Under the pieces are notes generated by a model, which was given only the letters and a program-made list of their open reading frames with translations, ran no database searches and was not told where the DNA came from. Shown here piece after piece: positions 23,270-33,045 of a stretch of 64,000 nt of DNA (the first letter of the stretch is position 1; every line of letters starts with the position of its first letter). The translations under genes were made by a program, and so were the position numbers. The DNA comes from a bacterium (lineage in GTDB: Bacteria > UBA8248): assembly GCA_965203325.1 (NCBI GenBank), contig OZ241875.1:1632001-1696000 (forward strand). Direction: 5' to 3'.

Positions 23270-25381
23270 ATGAGCGCGCACGAATCCCTGACGAGCCTGT
23301 TTCACCCGAAATCCTTCGCGGTGGTGGGCGCGGCTTCCGACTTGAACCGCCTGGGCGGCATCCCGCTCAGGCTCACGATGCGCTACGGCTTTCCCGGCCC
23401 CATCTACCCGATCAACCCGAGGCGCGAGGAGATAGCGGGCTTGAAATGCTACCCCGACGTGGCCTCCCTGCCCGAAGCGCCCGAGTTCGCGCTCATCTGC
23501 ACCCCGAGAGAGGACGTTCTCCCCGCCCTCGCCCAGTGCGCGGAGCGCGGCGTCAAGGCCGCCGCCGTCATCACTTCGGGCTTTGCGGAAACGGGTGCGG
23601 AAGGCGTGGCGCTACAGGAGAAAATCCTGGAGTTGCGCGATAGGTCCGGCATGCGCGTGCTCGGCCCCAACTGCATGGGCGTCGTGCACGTGCGCTCGAA
23701 GCTCATGGCGACGTTCACGATATCCATCCGCGACGACGACCCGCTCATCCCGGGCGCGGTGGCCCTCGTCACCCAGAGCGGGGCGATGGGGGCGTGCATG
23801 CTCACGGGCTTTCAGGAGAGCGGCTCCGGCATCAGCAGCCTCGTGAGCCTCGGCAACGAGGTGGACGTTGATTTCGCGGAATGCGTCGAATACTTCATCG
23901 ACGACCCGCACACGCGCGTCATCTGCGGGTATCTCGAATCGGTGCGCGACGGGGAACGCCTGAAACAAGCCGCCCTGCGCGCGCTGGGGCGGGGCAAACC
24001 CATCGTCCTCTTAAAGGGCGGCAAGACAGAAGAAGGCGCGCGCGCCGCGCGCAGCCACACTGCCGCCATCACGACTTCAAGCGACGTTTTCGACGCCTTC
24101 GCCGCGCAATACGGGATTCAGGTGCTGGGTTCCATGGATGCGTTCATCGAGATAGCGGATTTCCTCGCGCGCAGCAAACCGATTCAGGGAAACGGGGTGG
24201 GCATTCTAAGCTTCTCGGGCGGTCTGGGCTCACTCGCGGCGGACTTAAGCACCGAGGCGGGCCTCACGCTCCCCATCCTCGCGGGGGAAACACAGGAAAA
24301 ACTCGCGGGCGTCCTGCCCGACTACGCGCCCAAGGACAATCCCGTCGACTTGGTATCCCTCATGGTCAGCAAGCCCGAGAGCGAGCCGCTCAAAACGGCG
24401 GGGGAAGCGGTGGCGGGGGATGAGAACGTGGACGCCCTGCTCTTCATGATGGGCGTCTACCACCACGTGGGCGAGCAGATAGCGGCGGAGGTGAAGGCGC
24501 TCTTCGAAGCCTCATCGGTGCCCGTCGCCTTCGCCTGGCTCACCGGACCTCGCGAGCAGATAGACGCGCTCAGGAAAGCCTCCGTGCCCGTATTCGGCGA
24601 TTACGCAAGGGCGATTCGCGGCCTGGAATCCCTCCTGTCGCTCAAAAACGCGCGCGAGGCGGCCGCCTCCAGACCCCGCTCGCTCGACCCTGCGCGGGCG
24701 GAGAAGGCGAAACGAATCATACGAGAGAGTATTCCCTCTTCCGACGGCTTTCTTCCGTCCGAGACCTGCGCGGAAATTCTCGATCTCTACGGCGTCCCGA
24801 GACCGAAGGAGACCCTGGTTGAAACGTCCGAAGAAGCGCTCAAAACGTGGGAAAAGTATAAAGCGCCCATCGCCCTCAAGGTCGTATCGGACAACCTTTC
24901 GCACAAGACGGAAGCGGGCGGCGTCATTTTAGGTCTTAACACGCCTGATGAGGTTCTGTGCGCAGCTCAAAAACTGCTAGCCCTCAGCTATGATGCGCGT
25001 CTTCTGGTGCAGGAGATGATCGAGGGCGGCCTGGAGCTTCTCGTCGGCGTATCGAACGACCCGACGTTCGGCCCGTGCGTCACGGCGGGACTGGGCGGGG
25101 TGTACGTGGAAGCCCTCTCGGACGTGGCACGCCTGCTTCCGCCTTTCGATGCCGGGGAGGCCGAAGGCGCGCTGTCAAGACTTCGCTCGCGCGTCATCTT
25201 CGACGGCTTCCGGGGCGGGCCAACCGTTCAAATTCCGCACATATCCGATATAATGGTCAAAATCTCCGAACTGGCGACGGAATTAGAAGATACAGTCGCC
25301 GAGATGGACTTGAACCCGCTCATCGCGGCGGCGGAGGGCTGCATCGCCGTGGACGTTCGGATAAAGACGAAATCCCAGTGA
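23270..25381 (+). CDS. ADP-forming acyl-CoA synthetase (acetate-CoA ligase family, fused alpha/beta)
   Basis: PKSFAVVGA, GPNCMG, QSG, GNE, SHT phospho-His and HKTEAGGV ATP-grasp motifs. Confidence 0.92.
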   Translation: MSAHESLTSLFHPKSFAVVGAASDLNRLGGIPLRLTMRYGFPGPIYPINPRREEIAGLKCYPDVASLPEAPEFALICTPREDVLPALAQCAERGVKAAAVITSGFAETGAEGVALQEKILELRDRSGMRVLGPNCMGVVHVRSKLMATFTISIRDDDPLIPGAVALVTQSGAMGACMLTGFQESGSGISSLVSLGNEVDVDFAECVEYFIDDPHTRVICGYLESVRDGERLKQAALRALGRGKPIVLLKGGKTEEGARAARSHTAAITTSSDVFDAFAAQYGIQVLGSMDAFIEIADFLARSKPIQGNGVGILSFSGGLGSLAADLSTEAGLTLPILAGETQEKLAGVLPDYAPKDNPVDLVSLMVSKPESEPLKTAGEAVAGDENVDALLFMMGVYHHVGEQIAAEVKALFEASSVPVAFAWLTGPREQIDALRKASVPVFGDYARAIRGLESLLSLKNAREAAASRPRSLDPARAEKAKRIIRESIPSSDGFLPSETCAEILDLYGVPRPKETLVETSEEALKTWEKYKAPIALKVVSDNLSHKTEAGGVILGLNTPDEVLCAAQKLLALSYDARLLVQEMIEGGLELLVGVSNDPTFGPCVTAGLGGVYVEALSDVARLLPPFDAGEAEGALSRLRSRVIFDGFRGGPTVQIPHISDIMVKISELATELEDTVAEMDLNPLIAAAEGCIAVDVRIKTKSQ

Positions 25382-25391
25382 GAGGACACGC

Positions 25392-25826
25392 ATGAGCACG
25401 AGAATCACGCCCGAAATACGCGCCCTGGTGGGGCGAAAGCACGGCCCCTACCGCGTGAGGGTCGAGCAGGGGGCGATAGAGAAATTCGCGGACGCGGTCG
25501 GCGACGATAACCCCGCCTACCGGGGGCCGGACGCGGTCGCACCGCCGACGTTTCCCACCACCTTCCGGCCAAAGGACGCCTACCCCGATCTCCCGCCCGG
25601 TTTCGGCGACGTGGGCCTTCACGCCTCACAGGTCTATGAGGTCGAGCGGCCCATCCGCGCGGGCGATGAACTGGACATTTCCTTCACCATCGTGGACATC
25701 ACCGAAAAGTCGGGCCGCACGGGCGACCTCGTCTTCGTCGAGCGAGAATACGAGTTCACCGACGCGCGCGACGGCGCCCGCGTGGGCGGCGGCAAGTGGG
25801 TGTCGCTCAGGCGATTCAGGAACTGA
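25392..25826 (+). CDS. MaoC N-terminal-type (HadA-like) dehydratase subunit
   Basis: VE.GAI.KFADAVGDDNP.Y, APPTF and LH..Q.Y...RPI.AGD motifs. Confidence 0.85.
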   Translation: MSTRITPEIRALVGRKHGPYRVRVEQGAIEKFADAVGDDNPAYRGPDAVAPPTFPTTFRPKDAYPDLPPGFGDVGLHASQVYEVERPIRAGDELDISFTIVDITEKSGRTGDLVFVEREYEFTDARDGARVGGGKWVSLRRFRN

Positions 25827-25836
25827 AGGAGAGACG

Positions 25837-26238
25837 ATGCGCTACCAGAAGGGAGATACCCTCCCTGAACTCGTGAAGGACCCCGTCTCGCGGACGCAGC
25901 TCGTGAAATACGCCGGCGCGAGCGGGGATTACAACTCGATCCACTATGACGACGAGGCGGCGCGCGCGGGCGGACTGGAGGGCGTCATCGCCCACGGGAT
26001 GCTCTCGATGGGCTTTCTGGGGCAATTCGTCGAAACCGCCTTCGGCGCGGGAAGCTACAAGCGGCTCGAAGTCCGCTTTCAGGGCATGGTGAAGCTCGGC
26101 GAGGTCATCACCTGCCGGGGCGTCGTGACCGATTTAGCAGAAGAGAATGGCCGGGAATACGCCGCCTGCGAGATCGAGGCGGTAGACTTAAGTGGCCGCG
26201 TCGTCACCAAAGGCTGCGCACAGGCCTGGCTGGACTGA
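25837..26238 (+). CDS. MaoC-family (HadB-like) dehydratase
   Basis: YAGASGDYNSIHYD hydratase-2 motif and IAHGM; AAGGAG RBS before ATG 25837. Confidence 0.9.
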   Translation: MRYQKGDTLPELVKDPVSRTQLVKYAGASGDYNSIHYDDEAARAGGLEGVIAHGMLSMGFLGQFVETAFGAGSYKRLEVRFQGMVKLGEVITCRGVVTDLAEENGREYAACEIEAVDLSGRVVTKGCAQAWLD

Positions 26239-26267
26239 AATCCATAGAACGGAAAGAGAGGAATTCC

Positions 26268-27011
26268 ATGAGACTGAAAGACAAGAACGCCCTCGTGACG
26301 GGCGCGGCCCAGGGCATCGGACGCTCTGTCTGCCAACGCTTCGCCGAGGAGGGCGCCAAGGTGCTCGTCGTCGACATGAACGAGGAAGGCGGCGAGGAGA
26401 CGGCGCGCCTGATAAGGGAAGCCGGGGGCGAGGCGCTCTTCCACAAGGCCGACGTGAGCAGCCTCGCGGAAGTCGAGGGCGCGCTCGACGCGTCCGAGGC
26501 CGCGCACGGGCCCATCCACGTGATGGTGAACAACGCCGGCATCGTGCGCGCGGCCATGCTCCACAAGATGAGCGAAGAACAGTGGGACTCCGTGATCGCC
26601 GTGCATCTCAAGGGCACCTGGACGGGCATCCACGCGGCGGCCAAGCGCATGATCCCCCGGAAAGAGGGCCGCATCATCAACGTCACCTCGGGTGCGGGGC
26701 TTCGCGGCACCATCGGGCAGATCAATTATTCTTCGGCCAAGATGGGCATCGTCGGCGCGACGCAGAGCGCGGCCCGCGAACTGGGACGCTACAACATCAC
26801 CGTGAACTGCGTCTCGCCCGCGGCCATCACCCCGATGACGGAGACGATTCGCACCGATGAGCGATTCGAGTCGAAGTATCTCGAGCGCATCTGCCTCGGC
26901 CGGTGGGGCGAGCCCGAGGAGATGGCGGCGGGGTTCGTCTTCCTGGCGTCGGACGAGGCGAGCTACGTGACGGGCATCGTGCTCCGAATCGACGGGGGAT
27001 TGGGGATGTAG
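26268..27011 (+). CDS. SDR oxidoreductase (FabG/PhaB-like)
   Basis: TGAAQGIG, NNAG and YSSAK motifs. Confidence 0.92.
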   Translation: MRLKDKNALVTGAAQGIGRSVCQRFAEEGAKVLVVDMNEEGGEETARLIREAGGEALFHKADVSSLAEVEGALDASEAAHGPIHVMVNNAGIVRAAMLHKMSEEQWDSVIAVHLKGTWTGIHAAAKRMIPRKEGRIINVTSGAGLRGTIGQINYSSAKMGIVGATQSAARELGRYNITVNCVSPAAITPMTETIRTDERFESKYLERICLGRWGEPEEMAAGFVFLASDEASYVTGIVLRIDGGLGM

Positions 27012-27025
27012 GGGAATTATGGAAT

Positions 27026-27101
27026 TGTAGGGACAACCCCCTGTGGTTGTCCCTCTTCGGAATGGATACGACCGGGACAGGCACGGGGGCCTGTCCCTAC
27101 A
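27026..27101. repeat. GTAG-type REP doublet upstream of RAYT1
   Basis: GTAGGGACAACCCCCTGTGGTTGTCCC and inverted GGGACAGGCACGGGGGCCTGTCCCTAC. Confidence 0.9.
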
Positions 27102-27163
27102 AAAGGCCTTTTGTTTGACCTCGTCTCGGTTGTAATGAGTGGGTGTGGTCGAGAAATTTGCGT

Positions 27164-27745
27164 ATGAAAGACAGAAAAGCGAACATATTGAAGGGTTACG
27201 ATTATTCGCAAGGTGGATGTTATTGCGTCACGGTTTGTGTGCAGGACAGAGAGGAATTGTTCGGTGAAATCATCGACGGTGAAATGGTTTCAAATGCCGC
27301 AGGTAAAATGGTGAAAACAACATGGAACGAATTGCCGGAATTCTATAGCGGTGTTGAAACGGATCAATTCCAGATCATGCCGAATCACGTCCACGGCATC
27401 ATCGTCATTACGGGAAACGAATTCCCCCACGGAACTGTAGGGACAGGCCCCCGTGCCTGTCCTGAATATGCCCATCCTGACATGGGACAACCACGGGGGG
27501 TTGTCCCTACGATGTCATTATCGGATATCGTGCATCGGTTCAAATCTATGACGACCCATAGATACATTGCGAACGTCAATGATGGTGAATGGAGACCCTT
27601 TGATAGGAAACTCTGGCAACGATCATTCCACGATCACGTCATCCGCGACTAGGAAGACCTCAACCGCGTCCGGGAATACATCCAGAACAATCCGTTGAAA
27701 TGGGCGCTGGATGAGGAAAACCCAGCCAATCATGCGGGGCCGTAG
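27164..27745 (+). pseudogene. REP-associated tyrosine transposase (RAYT, Y1 HUH) with a premature stop
   Basis: YDYS, MPNHVH and WQRSFHDHVIRD, then TAG 27650-27652; the frame continues EDLNRVREYIQNNPLKW to TAG 27745, so the catalytic Tyr lies after the stop. Confidence 0.88.
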
Positions 27746-27888
27746 GGGCGATTCCCTTTCCGGGACCGCCCCACTATTCGCGAACGGCTCTATTATCTTA
27801 ATAGCCCCCCATCTGGCATCCCCGTCATGGGCCTGCTAGAATCGCCGCAGGTTTTGCCCCTTGATAACAAAAAGCGGAGGAACCGCCC

Positions 27889-28917
27889 ATGAAGGCCATG
27901 ATCCTTAAAGAGTTCGGCAAGCCCCTCGTCTATGAGGAAGCGCCCGAGCCCAAGATCGGCCCCCGCCAGGTGCTCGTCGAATCGAAGGCGAACGGCCTTT
28001 GCGCGACCGACCTGAAGATAGTGGACGGCAGCGTGAAGTCGGCCCCCACGCCCCTGATGCTCGGCCACGAGAACTCGGGCGTCGTGCTCGAAGTGGGCTC
28101 AGAAGTCGATTCCGTCACTCCGGGCGACCGCGTGGTCGTCGTGAGCAAGCAGACCTGCGGGCGCTGCCGCATGTGCCGCGCGGGCCATGAGGAGATGTGC
28201 CTGAACTCGCCGGGACGCCTGGGGATAGAGATCGACGGCGGTTTCGGCCAACTCGTCGCGGTCTCGGAACGGAACCTCGTCAAAGTCGGGGAAAACGTCT
28301 CGCTGGCGGCGGCCTCCCTCATCGGCGGGACGCTCGGCTCCCCGCTCCACGCCATCCGCATGGCGCGGCCCGAACTCGGCGAGTGCGCCGTCATCTTCGG
28401 GGTCGGGGGACTGGGGCTGCACGCCCTGCAGATCCTCCGCCACCTGGGCGTGAACGTCATCGCCGTGGACGTGAAGGAAGAAAAGCTCGCCAAGGCGCGC
28501 GAACTCGGCGCGTTTGAGACCGTGAACGCGATGGAGGCCGACCCGGTCAAGGCCGTGATGGACATGACGAACGGCTTCGGCGCGGACATCGCGCTCGAGA
28601 TCGTCGGCGGAGCCGCCGTGCCGCCCGTGCTCCAGCAGTGCATCGATCTCTTAAGGCCCGGCGGACGCCTCGTCATCCTCGGCTACTCCTTCGGCCAGAA
28701 AGTGGAAATCGACCCCGCGCAACTCGTCTACAAGTGGATCCAGATCGTCGCGTCGCACAACCACACGGTGCGCGACGTGGCCGACGCCGCGAGCCTGGTG
28801 AACGACGGCCGGGTGCGCGCCGTCATCACCGAAGAAGCCCCGATGCCGGACGCCAACGACGCGCTGGCCGCCCTTCGCGCGGGCGACCCGGTGGGCCGCA
28901 TCGTCCTCACGTGGTGA
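27889..28917 (+). CDS. Zn-dependent alcohol dehydrogenase (MDR family)
   Basis: GLCATD, GHE, CGRCRMC..C and GVGGLG motifs. Confidence 0.92.
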   Translation: MKAMILKEFGKPLVYEEAPEPKIGPRQVLVESKANGLCATDLKIVDGSVKSAPTPLMLGHENSGVVLEVGSEVDSVTPGDRVVVVSKQTCGRCRMCRAGHEEMCLNSPGRLGIEIDGGFGQLVAVSERNLVKVGENVSLAAASLIGGTLGSPLHAIRMARPELGECAVIFGVGGLGLHALQILRHLGVNVIAVDVKEEKLAKARELGAFETVNAMEADPVKAVMDMTNGFGADIALEIVGGAAVPPVLQQCIDLLRPGGRLVILGYSFGQKVEIDPAQLVYKWIQIVASHNHTVRDVADAASLVNDGRVRAVITEEAPMPDANDALAALRAGDPVGRIVLTW

Positions 28918-28981
28918 GGCGACCGGCCTGATGAGATCATACGACCTATATCAACCAACCAACGCATCCGCAGGAGGCAGC

Positions 28982-30373
28982 ATGTCGCATCGAATCGAAA
29001 CCGACAGCATGGGCGAGATCGAGGTGCCCGGGGACAAATACTACGGCGCGCAGACGGCGCGCTCGCTCGTTCATTTCAAGATAGGCGGCGACCGCTTCCC
29101 GCGCGAGGTCATCCGCGCGCTGGGGATTCTGAAGAAAGCCGCCGCGGTGACGAACGAGGAGTTGGGGATTCTCGATTCGGATAAGGCCGCGCTCATCACA
29201 CAGGCGGCGGATGAGGTGATCGCGGGCGACCTGGACGCGCATTTCCCCCTCGTTGTCTGGCAGACCGGCAGCGGCACGCAGACGAACATGAACGCGAACG
29301 AGGTCATCGCCAACCGCGCCATCGAACTCGCGGGCGGCGTGATGGGCTCCAAGGACCCGATACACCCCAATGACGACGTGAACAAGGCGCAGTCCTCGAA
29401 CGACACCTTCCCGACGGCGATGCACGTCGCGGCGGGCGAGCAGATGACGAAGAAGCTCATCCCCGCCGTGGGGACGCTTGGGGCTACGCTCGCGCAGAAG
29501 GCCGAGGCATTCGATTCGATCATCAAGATCGGCCGCACGCATCTCATGGACGCCGTTCCCTTGACGCTCGGCCAAGAATTCTCGGGCTACGCCCAGCAGC
29601 TCGAAAACGGCTTGGCGCGCGTCAGGATGTCGCTGGACGGCATCTACGAGCTGGCCTTGGGCGGCACGGCGGTGGGCACGGGCCTCAACACCCATCCCGA
29701 CTTCGCGGACAAGGCCGCCGCCCGGATCGCCGATATGACGGGGCTTCCCTTCAGAAGCGCGCCCAACAAGTTCGAGGCGCTCGCCGCGCACGATGCGGTC
29801 GTCTTCGCGAGCGGGGCGGTGAAGACGCTGGCGGCATCCCTGATGAAAATCGCGAACGACATCCGGATGCTGGCGTCCGGCCCCCGGTGCGGCGTGGGCG
29901 AGTTGCTCATTCCCGAGAACGAGCCTGGAAGCTCCATCATGCCCGGCAAGGTGAATCCCACCCAGAGCGAGGCGATGACGATGGTGTGCGCCCAGGTGAT
30001 GGGCAACGACGTGGCGGTGAACGTGGGAGGTGCTACGGGACATTTCGAGCTCAACGTCTTCAAGCCCGTGATGATCTTCAACCTGCTGAATTCCGTGCGC
30101 CTGCTGGCCGATGCGTGCGTTTCGTTCAACGAACACTGCGCGGTGGGAATCGAGCCCAACCGCCCGGCGATAGACGCCTATCTCCAGAACTCGCTCATGC
30201 TCGTGACGGCGCTGAACCCCGTCATCGGGTACGACAACGCGGCCAGGGTGGCGAAAAAGGCGTTTGCCGAGGGTGGCACCCTGCGCGACGCGGCGGTCGC
30301 CCTCGACCTCTTGACGGGCGAGGAGTTCGACGCCGCCGTCAAGCCCGAAAACATGATCGGGCCGAGGGGGTAG
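28982..30373 (+). CDS. fumC: Fumarate hydratase class II
   Basis: [15 protein letters not shown] and [11 protein letters not shown] motifs; AGGAGG RBS before ATG 28982. Confidence 0.97.
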   Translation: MSHRIETDSMGEIEVPGDKYYGAQTARSLVHFKIGGDRFPREVIRALGILKKAAAVTNEELGILDSDKAALITQAADEVIAGDLDAHFPLVVWQTGSGTQTNMNANEVIANRAIELAGGVMGSKDPIHPNDDVNKAQSSNDTFPTAMHVAAGEQMTKKLIPAVGTLGATLAQKAEAFDSIIKIGRTHLMDAVPLTLGQEFSGYAQQLENGLARVRMSLDGIYELALGGTAVGTGLNTHPDFADKAAARIADMTGLPFRSAPNKFEALAAHDAVVFASGAVKTLAASLMKIANDIRMLASGPRCGVGELLIPENEPGSSIMPGKVNPTQSEAMTMVCAQVMGNDVAVNVGGATGHFELNVFKPVMIFNLLNSVRLLADACVSFNEHCAVGIEPNRPAIDAYLQNSLMLVTALNPVIGYDNAARVAKKAFAEGGTLRDAAVALDLLTGEEFDAAVKPENMIGPRG

Positions 30374-30401
30374 CCATCAGGACAGGCACGGGGACCTGTT
30401 T

Positions 30402-30911
30402 CTACGACCCAACCTGATTTGTTGGGTTGTATTCGTCAAGCGACCATTTCAGAGGATTGTTCTGAATGTATTCACGTATGCGGTTGAGGTCGTCATCGTC
30501 GCGGATAACGTGATCGTAGAATGATCGTTGCCAATTGAAACAAGCGAGACCATGTTCGCGTATACGTTTCGATGACGTGGTCTTGAACGCGCCGACCAAT
30601 TCCGACAATGATTTGATTTTCAACGCATCTGTAGGGACAGGTCGCGACCTGTCCCAATGGGGTTGGATTATCAAAATGCCGTGGAAATGATTCGGCATCA
30701 CGACGTATTCATCCGATTCGACATAATCATATCGCTCGGACAACCATCGCCATCGCGTATCAACAATCTCTCCTGTCTGGTTCAAAACCATCTCGCCGTC
30801 GACAATTTCGCCGAGCAATTCCTCTCTGCTTCGCACACAAACCGTCACGAAATAACATCCCGCTTTTGAATAATCGTAACCTTCCAACCTGTTCAACTTT
30901 CTGTCTTTCAT
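30402..30911 (-). mobile_element. REP-associated tyrosine transposase (RAYT), intact
   Basis: YDYS..GCYFVT, MPNHFH and WQRSFYDHVIR...EYIQNNPLKW motifs; flanked by REPs. Confidence 0.9.
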
Positions 30912-30991
30912 TCTTGAATTTCCAAATTTCTCGACCGCAACCATTCCTTACAGCCGAGTCGCCGATAAATAAAAAGGGTGGGTTTTCTCCT

Positions 30992-31086
30992 TAGGGACAG
31001 GTCGCGACCTGTCCCTACAGTTACGTCCTGCCGATGTGGGAATATGATCCCGTCGCGTGGCGGACAGGCACGGGGCCTATCCCTAT
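30992..31086. repeat. GTAG-type REPs upstream of RAYT2
   Basis: TAGGGACAGGTCGCGACCTGTCCCTAC and a degenerate GGACAGGCACGGGGCCTATCCCTA. Confidence 0.85.
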
Positions 31087-31101
31087 TAAAGGCATCACCC
31101 C

Positions 31102-32145
31102 CTACCTCTCCGCGAACCCCTCAAACGCCACCGGGATCGTCTGGATATCCTGGATCAGGTCGGTCGGGAGGTCGCGGTCCGCCGTGGGGAGCATGCCCGC
31201 GTAGAGGGTGTCGACGCCGTTGCCGAAGCGCGCCTTTATCGCCTGCTTTATTTCATCGTGCGTGCCTACCGCAGCGAAAAGGCGCACCAGGTCGTCCGGA
31301 ATCTCGCCCGCCAGTTCGCCCCACTTGCCCTCGCGCGTCATCTGCCTGAGCTTTCTGCCCAGATCGCCGTAGCCGTGCATCTCGAGCACCGGCCAGTAAT
31401 CGGGCGTGGAGCCGTAAAAGCCGAGACGCACCTTGACCTCATCCATCCCGCGGCGCAGGGCCTCCTCATCGCGCCCCGTGACGACGTAGCCGCCGCCCGT
31501 GACCTCGAATTGCTCGCGCGTGATCCCGTTCTCCCCGAATCCCTCCGTGAGCCTCGGCAGGCAGAACTCCTCGAAATACCTGCTGGTGCAGAAAGGATGC
31601 AGCCGCACGCCGTCGCACCGGCTCCCTGCGACTTTCAGCATCCCCGGCCCCACCGCCGCGATGGTGACGGGCGCCATGGGCTGGCCCCCGGAGGGCGGCG
31701 TGAAGGCGGGCGTCATGAGGGAGAACTGGTAGTGTTCGCCCTTGTAATCGAGCTTTTCCCCGCTTTGCCAGGCGCGCCATATCGCGCGCAGCGATTCCAC
31801 GTATTCGCGCATCCTCGCTGCGGGCGCGCTCCAGGGCACGCTGAAGCGCCGCACGTTGTGCGCGCGAATCTGGGGGCCGAGCCCCAGGACGAACCTTCCC
31901 TCCGAGGCGACTTGTAAGTCCCAAGCCGCGTTCGCGCACACCATGGGACTCCTCGGAAAGGCGATGACCACGGCGGTCAGAAGCTCCACGCGCTCGGTCT
32001 CCACAGCCGCCACCGCCAGGGGCAGGAACGGGTGGTGCGCGTTTTCCATGGTCATGGCGCCGTCATAGCCGGCCGCCTCAATCTCTCGCGCGGCGGGACC
32101 CGCTTTTTTCAAGTCATCCATCGGCAGGGTGGTCATGATACGCAT
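31102..32145 (-). CDS. Luciferase-like (LLM) oxidoreductase, F420-dependent TIGR03617-like
   Basis: AFPRSPM, GRFVLGLGPQ, GVRLHPF and FYGSTPDY motifs; AGGAG RBS before ATG 32145. Confidence 0.85.
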   Translation of the reverse strand: MRIMTTLPMDDLKKAGPAAREIEAAGYDGAMTMENAHHPFLPLAVAAVETERVELLTAVVIAFPRSPMVCANAAWDLQVASEGRFVLGLGPQIRAHNVRRFSVPWSAPAARMREYVESLRAIWRAWQSGEKLDYKGEHYQFSLMTPAFTPPSGGQPMAPVTIAAVGPGMLKVAGSRCDGVRLHPFCTSRYFEEFCLPRLTEGFGENGITREQFEVTGGGYVVTGRDEEALRRGMDEVKVRLGFYGSTPDYWPVLEMHGYGDLGRKLRQMTREGKWGELAGEIPDDLVRLFAAVGTHDEIKQAIKARFGNGVDTLYAGMLPTADRDLPTDLIQDIQTIPVAFEGFAER

Positions 32146-32284
32146 CTCGGAACTCCTGTCTTGATAAAAGAAAACGCCGCCGGGCGGCGGGGCGGCGCCA
32201 TGATACACGATCCATCCCGCGCACACATCGTGATATGATGGGGTATCGAACAACGCCAAGCGCGCATCGAATGGAGAAGACTCC

Positions 32285-33034
32285 ATGAGCCAGCCGTGCC
32301 GTCTCGAATACCGCGGCTTTCACCAGCTCGAACTCGTGCGCCACGGGGGCGAGGAGATACGCATCGGCGGGCAGCCCCGCGTTCTGCAGGAACCTCCGCC
32401 CAACGTGGCCTCGCGGCCTCCCGTCGATACGGTGCAGTACGTCTACGCGACGTGGGATGAAAAACGCGAGCGCGTGAAGCTGATCGCCTCGACCACTGGA
32501 CATGAAACGCTGGACGGCGAGGAGGTGATGCGCGGCGAGCCGGCGGCGCTCCTCGTCGGCATGGGAAGGCCCTACGAGAACAGGCCCAGGCACTACCACT
32601 GGGCGGACAGGCCCGAGCACAGGACGCTCATCCTGAGCCGGCACAACCGAAAGCGGATCGAATGGCGGCAGAGGCTGCACGCGGATGCGATGGTCGCACC
32701 GGGCGGATGGCGCGAAATATCGCAAGACCTCTCCGTCTCTTTTCTCGTATGGGGAGAGGAGGAGGCGGGTCTGGAAATCGAGGGCCGCGTGCGGAGCGAG
32801 GTGGCCGCCTCGCCGCTGCTCCTGGGCGTGGGGCTTGACGGCGCGCCGCCCGAATCGGCTGATGTGGAGATCGCACCCGGCTCAAGGCCGGCTCAGGCCT
32901 TCAACCTCAAATACGAGAGAAGATTCTCCCGCGATGAGGAGGGTTTTCATACGCTTTTTCTTCACGGAAAAACCGAAGACGCCTCCTGGACTGCTCTTCA
33001 AGGCGCGACGCTGCGCTATTCCACTCTTGGCTAA
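32285..33034 (+). CDS. Hypothetical protein, possibly a phage tail-fibre-derived beta domain
   Basis: GGAG RBS; YVYA.W...STTGH...LVGM.R...S..NR...FLVW pattern recalled from phage tail-fibre regions (unverified). Confidence 0.6.
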   Translation: MSQPCRLEYRGFHQLELVRHGGEEIRIGGQPRVLQEPPPNVASRPPVDTVQYVYATWDEKRERVKLIASTTGHETLDGEEVMRGEPAALLVGMGRPYENRPRHYHWADRPEHRTLILSRHNRKRIEWRQRLHADAMVAPGGWREISQDLSVSFLVWGEEEAGLEIEGRVRSEVAASPLLLGVGLDGAPPESADVEIAPGSRPAQAFNLKYERRFSRDEEGFHTLFLHGKTEDASWTALQGATLRYSTLG

Positions 33035-33045
33035 GGAGCAAGACG

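Noticed and set aside
27650..27652. Pyrrolysine or programmed read-through at the RAYT1 TAG
   Set aside because: Transposase context, non-catalytic acidic position and no pyl genes seen; a simple nonsense mutation is more parsimonious
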